This document shows, piece by piece, positions 31,266 to 40,129 of a stretch of DNA of 64,000 bases. Source of the stretch: Thermodesulfobacteriota bacterium (lineage in GTDB: Bacteria > Desulfobacterota > BSN033 > UBA1163). The position numbers were made by a program, and so were the translations under genes. The DNA is taken from the NCBI GenBank assembly GCA_026415035.1, contig JAOAHX010000003.1:80759-144758 (forward strand), written 5' to 3'. Each line of letters begins with the position of its first letter. The stretch's first letter is position 1. A model generated the notes under the pieces. It worked only from the letters and a program-made list of their open reading frames with translations, had not been told where the DNA came from and made no database searches.

Positions 31266-33151
31266 TGGAAATGGACGGAAGACCTATCCCCAACCAATTC
31301 GACATCATCGTGGTGGGAGGGGGTCATGCGGGAATCGAGGCCTCCCTGGCCTGCGCAAGGATTGGCCATCCCACCTTGCTGATCACCCAGAGGCTCGAGC
31401 AGATCGGTTATATGTCCTGCAATCCCGCCGTAGGGGGGCTTGCCAAAGGCCATTTGGTCAAGGAGATCGACGCCCTCGGCGGTGAGATGGCCCTGGCCAC
31501 CGATGAGACGGGAATCCAGTTCAAGAGACTCAACACCGCAAAAGGCCCTGCCGTCCGCTCCTCCAGGGCCCAGGTGGATCGCCAATCCTACCGGCTGAGG
31601 ATGAGGAAGGTGGTCGAGCAACAGAGGCATCTCTTTTTAAAAGAGGCCTCGGTCGAGGAGATCCTGACGGAGGGCCCAAGGGTGGTGGGGGTTCGAACCG
31701 ATCGTAACGAGACCTTTTACGCCAAGGCCGTCATCCTCGCACCGGGGACGTTCTTGAACGGCCTCGTCCATATCGGCCTCGACCATTTCCCCGCCGGCCG
31801 GATGGGCGATCCGCCCTCCATCGGCCTTTCCCTCTCCCTTCGGAGGTTGGGATTTCGAATGGGAAGGCTCAAGACCGGGACCACGCCGAGGTTGGACGGA
31901 AAGACCATTGACTTTACCAGGCTGACCCCCCAGTACGGGGATGAGCCGCCCCTTCCCTTCTCCTTCTCAACGGAGAAGATCGAAAGGCCGCAGGTCCCCT
32001 GCTACATCACCTATACCAATCCCACCACTCACGAGATCATCCGTTCGGGCTTGGACCGGTCTCCCCTCTACTGCGGGATCATCAAGGGGATCGGACCGCG
32101 ATACTGCCCTTCCATCGAAGACAAGGTCGTTCGGTTCTCGGAGAAACCGAGGCACCAGATCTTCCTCGAACCGGACGGAAGGGCGACAGACGAGATCTAC
32201 CCCAACGGGATTTCGACCAGCCTCCCTCTCGACATCCAGCTCCGGATGCTCCGGTCGATTCAGGGACTGGAGGAGGTCGAAATCCTCCGGCCGGGCTATG
32301 CCATCGAGTATGACTTTGTCGACCCAACCGAGTTGAAACCCACCCTCGAAACGAAGAAGATCGAGGGGCTCTTCCATGCCGGACAGATCAACGGAACCTC
32401 CGGTTATGAGGAGGCGGCGGCCCAGGGCCTGCTTGCGGGCATCAACGCCTCCCTCGCCCTCCGGGGCGAGAGACCCCTCGTGTTGAAACGTTCCGAGGCC
32501 TACATCGGCGTCCTGATTGACGACCTGGTCACCAAAGGGACCTCCGAACCCTACCGGATGTTCACCTCCCGGGCAGAATACCGCCTCCATCTCCGGGAGG
32601 ACAATGCCGACTTAAGGCTTCGGGAGATCGGCTACCGTGTCGGCCTGGTCAAGGAGGAAGCTTACCGGGCCTTCTTGGAGAAGAGAGGGGCCATCGAAAA
32701 GACCCTGGTGAGGCTCGGCCACATCAAGGTGAGACCCACGAGGGAGACGAACGAAACCTTTCACCAGAGGGGTTGGCCACCTTTGAGAAAGGAGACCCCC
32801 CTCCTCGAATTGTTGAAGAGACCAGAGGTCCGCTTCGACCACCTTTGTGCCTTCGATCCAGACCTCGAGGATCTTCCGAAGCCCGTCAAGGAGCAGGTGG
32901 AGATCCAGATCAAATATGATGGCTACATGAAGAGGGAGATGGAGATGATCGAACGGTTCAAGAGGTTGGAAGAGGTGATCTTTCCTGAGGGGTTCGACTT
33001 CGGATCCATCCTCGGCCTCTCCTCAGAGGTGAGGGAGAAACTGCTGCGGATCAGGCCGATCTCCTTGGGTCAGGCCTCGAGGATCTCCGGGGTCACCCCC
33101 GCGGCCCTCTCCATCCTGATGATCCATCTGAAAAAACAGGGCCATCTGTAG
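31265..33151 (+). CDS. mnmG: tRNA uridine 5-carboxymethylaminomethyl modification enzyme MnmG (GidA)
   Basis: 628 aa with [15 protein letters not shown] and [16 protein letters not shown]. There is a TAATG overlap with the upstream gene. Confidence 0.96.
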   Translation: MEMDGRPIPNQFDIIVVGGGHAGIEASLACARIGHPTLLITQRLEQIGYMSCNPAVGGLAKGHLVKEIDALGGEMALATDETGIQFKRLNTAKGPAVRSSRAQVDRQSYRLRMRKVVEQQRHLFLKEASVEEILTEGPRVVGVRTDRNETFYAKAVILAPGTFLNGLVHIGLDHFPAGRMGDPPSIGLSLSLRRLGFRMGRLKTGTTPRLDGKTIDFTRLTPQYGDEPPLPFSFSTEKIERPQVPCYITYTNPTTHEIIRSGLDRSPLYCGIIKGIGPRYCPSIEDKVVRFSEKPRHQIFLEPDGRATDEIYPNGISTSLPLDIQLRMLRSIQGLEEVEILRPGYAIEYDFVDPTELKPTLETKKIEGLFHAGQINGTSGYEEAAAQGLLAGINASLALRGERPLVLKRSEAYIGVLIDDLVTKGTSEPYRMFTSRAEYRLHLREDNADLRLREIGYRVGLVKEEAYRAFLEKRGAIEKTLVRLGHIKVRPTRETNETFHQRGWPPLRKETPLLELLKRPEVRFDHLCAFDPDLEDLPKPVKEQVEIQIKYDGYMKREMEMIERFKRLEEVIFPEGFDFGSILGLSSEVREKLLRIRPISLGQASRISGVTPAALSILMIHLKKQGHL

Positions 33152-33178
33152 CGGGACCCGATGAAGGGCCTCTTCCCT

Positions 33179-33919
33179 TTAATACTTCACCTCCTTTAAA
33201 AAGAGGCCGTGGGCTGGGGCCGTGGGCCCGGCCATCCTCCGGTCTTTTGAATCGATCACCCTCTGGAATCCTTCCGCATCGATCTTGCCCTTCCCGACCT
33301 CGATGAGCGTCCCCACGATGGCCCGCACCATCTGCTTCAAAAAACCATTGGCCTCGATCTGAAACCGCATCAGGCCCTCCCCTCCCTCCCTCCACTCTGC
33401 TCGAAAGACCTCACGGATGGCGCTCTTCGCCGGAGACCCTGTGGAACGAAAGGCGGAGAAGTCATGTCTCCCCACGAGCCTCTGGGTCGCCCTTTTCACC
33501 TCCTCCCAGTCCAGGGGATAGGGAATATGCCAGGCATAGAAGCGATCGAAAACGGGCCTGAGGGGGCGATTCAAGATCCGGTACTCATAGATTTTGCTCT
33601 TGACCCCCCTGCGCGCATGGAAGGCCTCATCCACCTCCTCCACCTTCAGGACGAGAATATCTTCGGGAAGGAGGCTATTCAAGGCCCGATGGAGGGAGGA
33701 GAGATCAAGACCCTTTCGGGTCGTGAAATGGGCGACCTGACCGCAGGCATGGGCTCCGGCATCGGTCCTTCCCGATCCCACGAGGCGAACCGGTTCCCCC
33801 AGAATTCTGGCCAGTCGTTCTTCAATCACCCCTTGGATGGTCTCGCCCTGGGCCTGGACCTGCCAGCCCCGGTAATTCGTCCCGTCGTATTCGATCAAGA
33901 GCTTGATCTTCCGAATCAT
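33179..33919 (-). CDS. truA: tRNA pseudouridine(38-40) synthase TruA
   Basis: IKLLIEYDGTNYRGWQVQ and GSGRTDAGAHA motifs. Start reassigned to ATG 33919, which forms an ATGA overlap with the upstream stop. Confidence 0.9.
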   Translation of the reverse strand: MIRKIKLLIEYDGTNYRGWQVQAQGETIQGVIEERLARILGEPVRLVGSGRTDAGAHACGQVAHFTTRKGLDLSSLHRALNSLLPEDILVLKVEEVDEAFHARRGVKSKIYEYRILNRPLRPVFDRFYAWHIPYPLDWEEVKRATQRLVGRHDFSAFRSTGSPAKSAIREVFRAEWREGGEGLMRFQIEANGFLKQMVRAIVGTLIEVGKGKIDAEGFQRVIDSKDRRMAGPTAPAHGLFLKEVKY

Positions 33920-35079
33920 CGCCGAAGTGGGTGCCCCTCTCCGGCGGGCCACCGAGGAGATCTTCCATCGAGCCATCTCGTGGCCCATCCGGGCCGGATC
34001 TTGATCGCTCCTTGCGGACAGACCTCTTGACAGCAGAAACAATGGATGCAACGGCCCTCATCGATCGAAAGCCCCTTGACCCCGTCCCTGAGGGCCCCTG
34101 GAGGGCAGACTTCCACACACTGAAGACATCGGACACAGGAGGTCGAATCGAGCACCGGCCTGGCCTGGAGCGCATTCTTGAGGCCTTTCTTCAGAAAGGA
34201 GGGCAGCGACCAATCCGTCCGGCCCACGCTCGGCAATTTGAAACGGTCGATCTTCGATCTCCCGATCCCCTCGCCCACGACCCGGATCTCCCCTGCCTCG
34301 ATCCCCTGTTCGAGGCCGACACGATTGGTCAGGAGGGCCCTTCTTGGAAGTCCGAGGAGATCGCAGACCACCTGATCGAGGCTGAGGGAGGAGGGACTTG
34401 CCAGGAGGAGTCCGAGGGAGATCGGATCGCCGCTGTTCGGTCCGCTGCCCTCCATCCCGAGGATCCCATCGAGGATGGTCAATCGAGGTTGGACGATCTG
34501 GTAGAGATCGATGAGGACCTGGGCGAACCGGTAAGGATCCTCCCCGGCCTTGAGATGCCACATGGCCTTTCTCGTGCCCGGGATGCAACCGAAGAGGTTT
34601 TTGACCCCCAAGGTGAGAAGCATCTGGCCATGGGTCTTCCATTTCGGAAGGTTGATCACGACGTCCGCCTCGAAGACGGCCTGGTCGATCTCGATCTTCT
34701 TGAAGATCCTTCCGATCCTTTTCGAAGGGGGAACAGGCCGGTTGAATTCGATGATGGGACACCCCATCTCTTCTGCAACCCTTTGGATCCCTGCCTTCTC
34801 GGCCACGCTTTTGGCACTGCCGATGGCCGGGCTGTCCCCGAGGAAGGGGAGTCCTCCTGCCTCCTGGACCAGTTGGATGACGGCCTTGATGATCGAGGGG
34901 TGGGTCGTCACGGCACATTCGGGCCGCTTCCCGTAGAGGAGATTGGGTTTGAGGAGGACCCGGTCTCCCCTATGGACGAACGTCCCCATCCCTCCCAGAA
35001 GGTCGATGGATCGCCTGAGAGCCTTTAGGACCTCGGCCTCCTCATAACGATGACATCGAACGATCGATACCCTGGCCAT
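33916..35079 (-). CDS. cytoplasmic DUF362 domain protein fused to a 2x[4Fe-4S] ferredoxin domain
   Basis: 387 aa. The DUF362 core (LGGMGTFVHRGDRVLLKPN, EADVVINLPKWKTH, LTILDGI) is followed by CVRCLQCVEVCP and CIHCFCCQEVCP. Confidence 0.8.
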   Translation of the reverse strand: MARVSIVRCHRYEEAEVLKALRRSIDLLGGMGTFVHRGDRVLLKPNLLYGKRPECAVTTHPSIIKAVIQLVQEAGGLPFLGDSPAIGSAKSVAEKAGIQRVAEEMGCPIIEFNRPVPPSKRIGRIFKKIEIDQAVFEADVVINLPKWKTHGQMLLTLGVKNLFGCIPGTRKAMWHLKAGEDPYRFAQVLIDLYQIVQPRLTILDGILGMEGSGPNSGDPISLGLLLASPSSLSLDQVVCDLLGLPRRALLTNRVGLEQGIEAGEIRVVGEGIGRSKIDRFKLPSVGRTDWSLPSFLKKGLKNALQARPVLDSTSCVRCLQCVEVCPPGALRDGVKGLSIDEGRCIHCFCCQEVCPQGAIKIRPGWATRWLDGRSPRWPAGEGHPLRR

Positions 35080-35082
35080 GGC

Positions 35083-35583
35083 CTAATCGAGCTTCTCTTT
35101 TCCCGTCATCTCCTCGATCGATATTTCGACGATCGCCGTCTTTTTCAACTCCGCCGGTGGGATGGGACCATATCCGCCCTCCGGTTGATACTTTTCCATC
35201 AACCGTTGAAGGACCCTCTGCTTCTGGGCAGGGTCCTTCAAGAGTTTGGCCTTCCCCTTGACGAAGACGCTTCGATAAAAATATCCTGCCCAACAGGCAT
35301 GGCCTGAGGCGGGGGCGTAGGCGATCGGTTCGTCCAGTTCGAAACAGACAGGACTCCCCCTCCGGAGGTCTGCTATCTTCTCCCCCCGGGGAGAGGAGTG
35401 GAGATAGAGCTTCCCCTCCATATAAATGAAGTTCACCGGTTTGATGACCGGATAGCCCGCCCGGTTGATCGTGGCCAGCCTTCCGACCGAGGATCGTCTT
35501 AAAAGGGATTGGAGGACCTTCTGGTCCATCCTTCTCTCCGGTCTTCGCATCGGCTTCTCCTGTTCCCTTCGTCCCTCACCCAA
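35083..35583 (-). CDS. pyridoxamine 5'-phosphate oxidase-family (FMN-binding split-barrel) protein
   Basis: 166 aa with SVGRLATINRAGYPVIKPVNFIYMEGKLYLHSS, typical of the Pyridox_ox_2 family. The start is ambiguous (M1, M12 or M19). Confidence 0.7.
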   Translation of the reverse strand: MGEGRREQEKPMRRPERRMDQKVLQSLLRRSSVGRLATINRAGYPVIKPVNFIYMEGKLYLHSSPRGEKIADLRRGSPVCFELDEPIAYAPASGHACWAGYFYRSVFVKGKAKLLKDPAQKQRVLQRLMEKYQPEGGYGPIPPAELKKTAIVEISIEEMTGKEKLD

Positions 35584-36316
35584 GGGGCCGTATCGCCCCT
35601 TCTCGAAAGACGGGGACGACTTCGGTCACGTCGATCCGGGCGCAAAAGGGAAGGTCCTCTTCGAAACCCCGGCCGATCAGATCCCGACCATGGATGGAAA
35701 GGCGGAAGGCCTCGGTCAAGTCGGCCTCGAACCTCCGGTAGAGGATGAGGGCCGCTTGACCGGCATCCGTGAGCTCGGCCTTCTCCCCGAGGGAGAGGAT
35801 TCGGTGGATCAACATCCCCCCACAGACGACATCCTCGAGGGAGAACCGTCCTGTGTCGCCGGAGGGATAGATCAGGAGATCGTCTCCGGTGGCGACACAG
35901 CGTCTGGCCACCGCCCCGATATTGAAGAAGGCGCCGGCCAAGACCTCCTTCGCTGACATGACCGAATAAAAGGCCCGCGTCCCGTTGGTGGTCGTGAGGA
36001 CAATCCTCTTGCCCCGGACCTTCTCCGGAAGATACTCCTTGGGCGAGTTTCCCAAGTCGAACCCATCGATCTTCCGGCTCCCCCGTTCCCCTCCCAAGAG
36101 GACGGTCCCTTCGGGAAACGTGCTCCCGCGCCGAAAGGCCTCCTCCACGGTGATCACAGGGAGGATCTCAAGGGCCCCCTGGGAGATCGCCTGGACGATC
36201 ACGGAGGTGGCCCGGAGGACGTCGATGACGACCACGGTCTTTCGGCTCAGGGAGGAGGCAGGAACCGGGATGGGGAGGAGCTGGACATCGATCTGCATAG
36301 GACAAAAGGGGCTCAA
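35576..36316 (-). CDS. comB: 2-phosphosulfolactate phosphatase (ComB) family protein
   Basis: 246 aa with VVVIDVLRATSVIV, a GGER..KIDGFDLGNSP-type motif, and family length. Confidence 0.75.
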   Translation of the reverse strand: MSPFCPMQIDVQLLPIPVPASSLSRKTVVVIDVLRATSVIVQAISQGALEILPVITVEEAFRRGSTFPEGTVLLGGERGSRKIDGFDLGNSPKEYLPEKVRGKRIVLTTTNGTRAFYSVMSAKEVLAGAFFNIGAVARRCVATGDDLLIYPSGDTGRFSLEDVVCGGMLIHRILSLGEKAELTDAGQAALILYRRFEADLTEAFRLSIHGRDLIGRGFEEDLPFCARIDVTEVVPVFREGAIRPLG

Positions 36317-36353
36317 AGGGCGAAGATCGATGGGCCGGAGGGTCCGATCAAAA

Positions 36354-37361
36354 TCATCCCTGAAGAGACCAAAGCCTGAAGATCTGATCCAGGATCTCCT
36401 TCTTCCTCTTCAGCATCTCCTGTTTCGACCTGCACCGGACCTGACCGGCTGCGGCCCCGGGGTGACCATCCCCGATGTTGAGGGTCCGCATGATCTCGCC
36501 GATGTTCTTCTTCCCGTCTCGATTGCCGTGGATGGAGAGGGACATCGAAAACCCCAAGTGGTTCGTCTTCACCCTCTGTTCGATCAGGTTGTAAACCTCC
36601 AGGATCCCCTTGGCCTCTGGATAGAGCAGGAGGGCGAGGTTCTTGATCAAATGGGGCCTCCGTTGATAGGGCGTGAGATCGATGACCACGATCTCCTTCT
36701 TTGCATCCTGATCGAGGAACGAGGAGGAGTCTCGAATGATCTTGAGCATCCTCTCCTCCTCCTCCCGATACTGGACGAGCCTCTTTTGGACCACCTCGAG
36801 CCGGGAGACCGCTTCGATGGGACGGTCTCGGAGTTCCCGCACCAAGAGTCTCAGATAACCATTCTGATCTTCAACGGAAGGGAATTGGGCCTTCAAGCTC
36901 CAATCGATCCTTTTGCCAGGGGTCTCCCTCCTCCAGTCTTCGACGGAGGCATAGGTGAACCCATCGATGACATCGGCCTCCTCCACCGCCTGGAGAAAGT
37001 AAGAGGGAAGCTCCATCCTCTCGGAGAAGTACTCGAAGACGACCCGGCTGCAGCTCAAGGCCGGGGCGAACCGGCCCGGGATGGAGCGTGGATCGATCTT
37101 TCGGTATTCCAGCTCTTGGAGGTTTCCCTCATGGTGGTCGAACCAGAGCCCGCATTCGAGGGGGTAAGGGAGGTCGCAGACCACGTCCCTATCGGTGATG
37201 GTGATCTGGGAGCGTTGGATCGCCAGGGGCCCAGCGAAAAGGACCTTGCCCACGCCGAGGGCTCGGGCGCAGAGGGCCGCGCTCACGATGCCGTCAAAAT
37301 CGTTGTGGGTGACGATCTTTTCAAAGGACTTCGTCCCGTCCCGATCCGGTCCGTTTCCCAT
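36354..37361 (-). CDS. DHH-family phosphoesterase-like protein
   Basis: DHH motifs: THNDFDGIVSAAL (motif I), WFDHHEGN (motif III), and a C-terminal GDGHPGAAAG (DHHA1-like GGH). Start set to ATG 37361 because the longer track ORF would run over the fur promoter and operator. Confidence 0.65.
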   Translation of the reverse strand: MGNGPDRDGTKSFEKIVTHNDFDGIVSAALCARALGVGKVLFAGPLAIQRSQITITDRDVVCDLPYPLECGLWFDHHEGNLQELEYRKIDPRSIPGRFAPALSCSRVVFEYFSERMELPSYFLQAVEEADVIDGFTYASVEDWRRETPGKRIDWSLKAQFPSVEDQNGYLRLLVRELRDRPIEAVSRLEVVQKRLVQYREEEERMLKIIRDSSSFLDQDAKKEIVVIDLTPYQRRPHLIKNLALLLYPEAKGILEVYNLIEQRVKTNHLGFSMSLSIHGNRDGKKNIGEIMRTLNIGDGHPGAAAGQVRCRSKQEMLKRKKEILDQIFRLWSLQG

Positions 37362-37409
37362 AGATCCAAATCTAACAGAGTTGACAGGAGGGGTCAATGG
37401 CCTGCGGTC

Positions 37410-37438
37410 TTGACAACCCCCCGGGGGGGCCTTAAAAT
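37410..37438 (+). promoter_or_regulatory. sigma-70-type promoter of the fur-feoB operon
   Basis: TTGACA (37410-15), a 17-nt spacer (ACCCCCCGGGGGGGCCT), then TAAAAT (37433-38). It lies about 65 nt upstream of the fur ATG. Confidence 0.6.
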
Positions 37439-37440
37439 GA

Positions 37441-37461
37441 AATTGAAATTCAATTTCAATT
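37441..37461 (+). promoter_or_regulatory. candidate Fur box: perfect 21-bp palindrome overlapping the predicted transcription start
   Basis: AATTGAAATT-C-AATTTCAATT is a perfect 10-1-10 inverted repeat. It is AT-rich, starts 3 nt after the -10 hexamer, and lies directly upstream of fur. Confidence 0.6.
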
Positions 37462-37503
37462 GGGAAGCCGGCCAAGCCGTTCCCTTAGGAAGCGAAGGTG
37501 GGG

Positions 37504-37962
37504 ATGAAGTCCAACCGATGGAGGGCCCTGATTTCGGGAGAGGGGTTGAAGTCCACCCATCAACGGGCGGAGATCTTCGAGGTCTTCCTAAACTCGGAAG
37601 GGCATAAAAACCTGGCCGAGATCCATGCCCTGGTGGTGAAACGCAATCCGAAGATCGGCTACACCACGGTCTACCGCACCCTCAAACTCCTCACCCGACT
37701 CGGATTGGCCGCAGAGCGAAAATTCGAGGGAGGGGAGACCCGATACGAGCCCATCCAACGAGGGGGACACCACGACCACCTGATCTGTCTCCGGTGCGGA
37801 AAGATCGTCGAATTCAGAGACGAGGGCCTTGAGGCGATCCAGAACCGGATCGCCAAAGGCCATGGATTCAAGATCTTCCACCATCGGATGGAACTCTACG
37901 GGTATTGCAAGCCCTGTCTGGCCCATCGAAGTTCTCTCAAACACCCCGGAGAAGCGCCCTGA
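37504..37962 (+). CDS. fur: ferric uptake regulator family protein
   Basis: STHQRAEIFEVF...GYTTVYRTLKLL wHTH, HHDHLICLRCGKIVEF, and a C-terminal CKPC. ATG 37504; the track uses GTG 37498. Confidence 0.88.
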   Translation: MKSNRWRALISGEGLKSTHQRAEIFEVFLNSEGHKNLAEIHALVVKRNPKIGYTTVYRTLKLLTRLGLAAERKFEGGETRYEPIQRGGHHDHLICLRCGKIVEFRDEGLEAIQNRIAKGHGFKIFHHRMELYGYCKPCLAHRSSLKHPGEAP

Positions 37963-37964
37963 TT

Positions 37965-39935
37965 ATGAAGAAGAACCCAGCTCCCAACCCCTTGGAAGGC
38001 CGGATCATCCTGATCGGCAATCCCAATGTGGGGAAATCGGTCATCTTCAACTACCTCACCGGGAAATATGTCACCGTCTCCAACTACCCCGGGACGACCG
38101 TAGAGGTGGCCACGGGAACGCTCTCGCTCAGGGGGAAGAAATTCCAGGTCATCGACACCCCCGGGATCAATTCCCTCATCCCGACCTCCGAGGACGAGAA
38201 GGTGACGCGGGACATCCTCCTCCAGGACGTCCAGGAAGGGCCCTGCCATCTCGTTCAGGTCATCGACACCAAAAACCTTCGAAGGGGGCTTCTCATCTCC
38301 CTCCAGTTGCTCGAGATGGGGCTCCCCTTTACGGTCGTCCTCAATATGTGGGATGAGGCCAAAAGCAGGGGGATCGAGATCGACCTGAAGACGCTCTCCA
38401 GAGAGTTAGGCCTGCCGGTCCTGAGGGCCGTGGCCACCCGGAAAAAAGGGCTGGAGAAGATCAAGGAGCATGTCCAACAACCTGGGCCGGTCAACACCCC
38501 CTCCCTGAGTTACACGGATCTTATCGAAGAGGGCATCTGCCGGATCCTTCCCCTTCTGCCCGAAACCCCGATCGCGAAAAGGTCGTTGGCCTTGATGCTC
38601 CTCTCCGGAGATGAGAGCCTTGTGCAATGGCTCCATCGCCACCTCTCCCCGGAGGAGATCGCCAAGATCGAGAGGATCCGACAGGAAGTTCAGGCCTCAT
38701 ATCAGGACCCCATCGGATACCTCGTCAACCAGGTTCGCCTCAAAAAGGTGGACGAGATGCTTTCCCGGGTCCAGACCTCCTCCGAGGTCGTTCCGAAAAC
38801 CCTCTCCCTCTTCCTCGGAAGGTTGACCATCCACCCCCTCTGGGGCATCCCCGTCCTCCTCGTCGTCCTCTTCCTCCTCTATCAATTCGTGGGGGTATTT
38901 GGGGCAAAGATCAGCGTCGACTTCCTGGAGGAGACGCTCTTTGGGGAGTGGTTGCTCCCGCCCTTGATCGAGTTCGTCCGACGAACCCTGCCCATCCAGT
39001 GGGTCCAGGACCTGCTGGTGGGGCCCTATGGTATCTTCACCATGGCCCTCACCTATGCGATCGCCATCGTCCTTCCGATCGTGGGCTGTTTCTTCCTCTT
39101 CTTCGGCCTGATGGAGGACTCCGGTTATCTGCCGAGGCTGGCGGTCATGACAAACCGCCTCTTCAAGAAGATGGGGCTCAACGGCAAGGCTGTCCTTCCC
39201 ATGGTCCTGGGCCTCGGTTGCGATACGATGGCGACCATGACCACCCGGATCCTCGATACCGAAAAGGATCGGACGATCGTCACCCTTTTGCTGGCCCTCG
39301 GGGTCCCCTGTTCCGCCCAGCTGGGCGTCATCCTCGGAATGTTCACGGGCCTTCCGGCCTTTTATGTCCTCCTCTGGGGGGGGCTGATCGCCACGGTCAT
39401 AATCGTGGTGGGATATTTAGCGGCCAAGGTTCTCCCTGGAGAGGGCTCCGATTTTATCTTGGAGCTCCCTCCCCTTCGTCTTCCCACCCTCTCCAACATC
39501 CTCGTCAAGACCCTCGCCCGGATCGAATGGTATCTGAAAGAGGCTGTCCCTCTCTTCGTCTTGGGGACGCTCCTCCTCTTTCTCCTCCATCAAACCGGTG
39601 GGCTGACCTTTCTCGAAAAGGTCTCCACCCCCCTGGTCGTCCACCTGCTGGGCCTCCCAGCCAAGGCGACCGAGGCCTTCATCGTCGGCTTCCTCCGGAG
39701 AGACTATGGCGCGGCCGGCCTCTACATGCTGGCCCGAGAGGGACTTCTCAATCCCCGCCAAATCCTCGTCAGCCTGGTGACGATCACCCTCTTCATCCCC
39801 TGCGTCGCCCAGTTCTTCATGATGATCAAAGAGAGGGGGCTGAAAACGTCTCTCTTCATCACGGGCTTCATCCTCCCCGTTGCCTTCGGGGTGGGTGCCC
39901 TGCTAAACTTCGTGATGGCCCTGGTGGGGCGATGA
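37965..39935 (+). CDS. feoB: ferrous iron transporter FeoB
   Basis: G-domain IILIGNPNVGKSVIFN, YPGTTVE and DTPG, followed by a polytopic membrane domain. ATG 37965 lies 2 nt after the fur stop. The TTG-extended track ORF overlaps fur and was rejected. Confidence 0.93.
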   Translation: MKKNPAPNPLEGRIILIGNPNVGKSVIFNYLTGKYVTVSNYPGTTVEVATGTLSLRGKKFQVIDTPGINSLIPTSEDEKVTRDILLQDVQEGPCHLVQVIDTKNLRRGLLISLQLLEMGLPFTVVLNMWDEAKSRGIEIDLKTLSRELGLPVLRAVATRKKGLEKIKEHVQQPGPVNTPSLSYTDLIEEGICRILPLLPETPIAKRSLALMLLSGDESLVQWLHRHLSPEEIAKIERIRQEVQASYQDPIGYLVNQVRLKKVDEMLSRVQTSSEVVPKTLSLFLGRLTIHPLWGIPVLLVVLFLLYQFVGVFGAKISVDFLEETLFGEWLLPPLIEFVRRTLPIQWVQDLLVGPYGIFTMALTYAIAIVLPIVGCFFLFFGLMEDSGYLPRLAVMTNRLFKKMGLNGKAVLPMVLGLGCDTMATMTTRILDTEKDRTIVTLLLALGVPCSAQLGVILGMFTGLPAFYVLLWGGLIATVIIVVGYLAAKVLPGEGSDFILELPPLRLPTLSNILVKTLARIEWYLKEAVPLFVLGTLLLFLLHQTGGLTFLEKVSTPLVVHLLGLPAKATEAFIVGFLRRDYGAAGLYMLAREGLLNPRQILVSLVTITLFIPCVAQFFMMIKERGLKTSLFITGFILPVAFGVGALLNFVMALVGR

Positions 39936-40129
39936 AAATGAAAGGTACCCCCTCCACACGCTGTCCCCTTTGCGCTCAGCCCTTCACCCCGGGAGAAGGC
40001 CCCTGTAGAGGGTGCCTCTTCTCGAAGGGCTGTGACCTTCTCTGCTGCCCCCACTGCGGCTACTCCTATCGAGAACGCTCCGCTCTGTTGGAGCTGTTCA
40101 AATCTCTGTGGAGGAAGGTGAAGCAATGA
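39932..40129 (+). CDS. small Cys-rich protein (65 aa, 8 Cys), candidate zinc-ribbon/Fe-S partner of FeoB
   Basis: MKMKGTPSTRCPLCAQPFTPGEGPCRGCLFSKGCDLLCCPHCGYSYRERSALLELFKSLWRKVKQ. The ATG overlaps the feoB stop (ATGA), and its own stop overlaps the next ATG (ATGA). It appears only as the tail of a spurious 500-aa track ORF. Confidence 0.5.
   Translation: MKMKGTPSTRCPLCAQPFTPGEGPCRGCLFSKGCDLLCCPHCGYSYRERSALLELFKSLWRKVKQ

Noticed and set aside
35985-37607. 540-aa plus-strand ORF spanning the antisense of comB and the DHH gene and running through the fur promoter into fur.
   Set aside because: It crosses two well-supported genes, an intergenic promoter and operator, and the start of fur. It is Arg/Gly/Pro-rich, so it is an artefact.
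38627-39931. Same-strand alternative-frame ORF (500 aa in the track) inside feoB.
   Set aside because: Its composition is Pro/Arg/Gly-rich and it lies entirely within the FeoB membrane domain. Only its last 65 codons, downstream of the feoB stop, look like a genuine small gene, reported separately.
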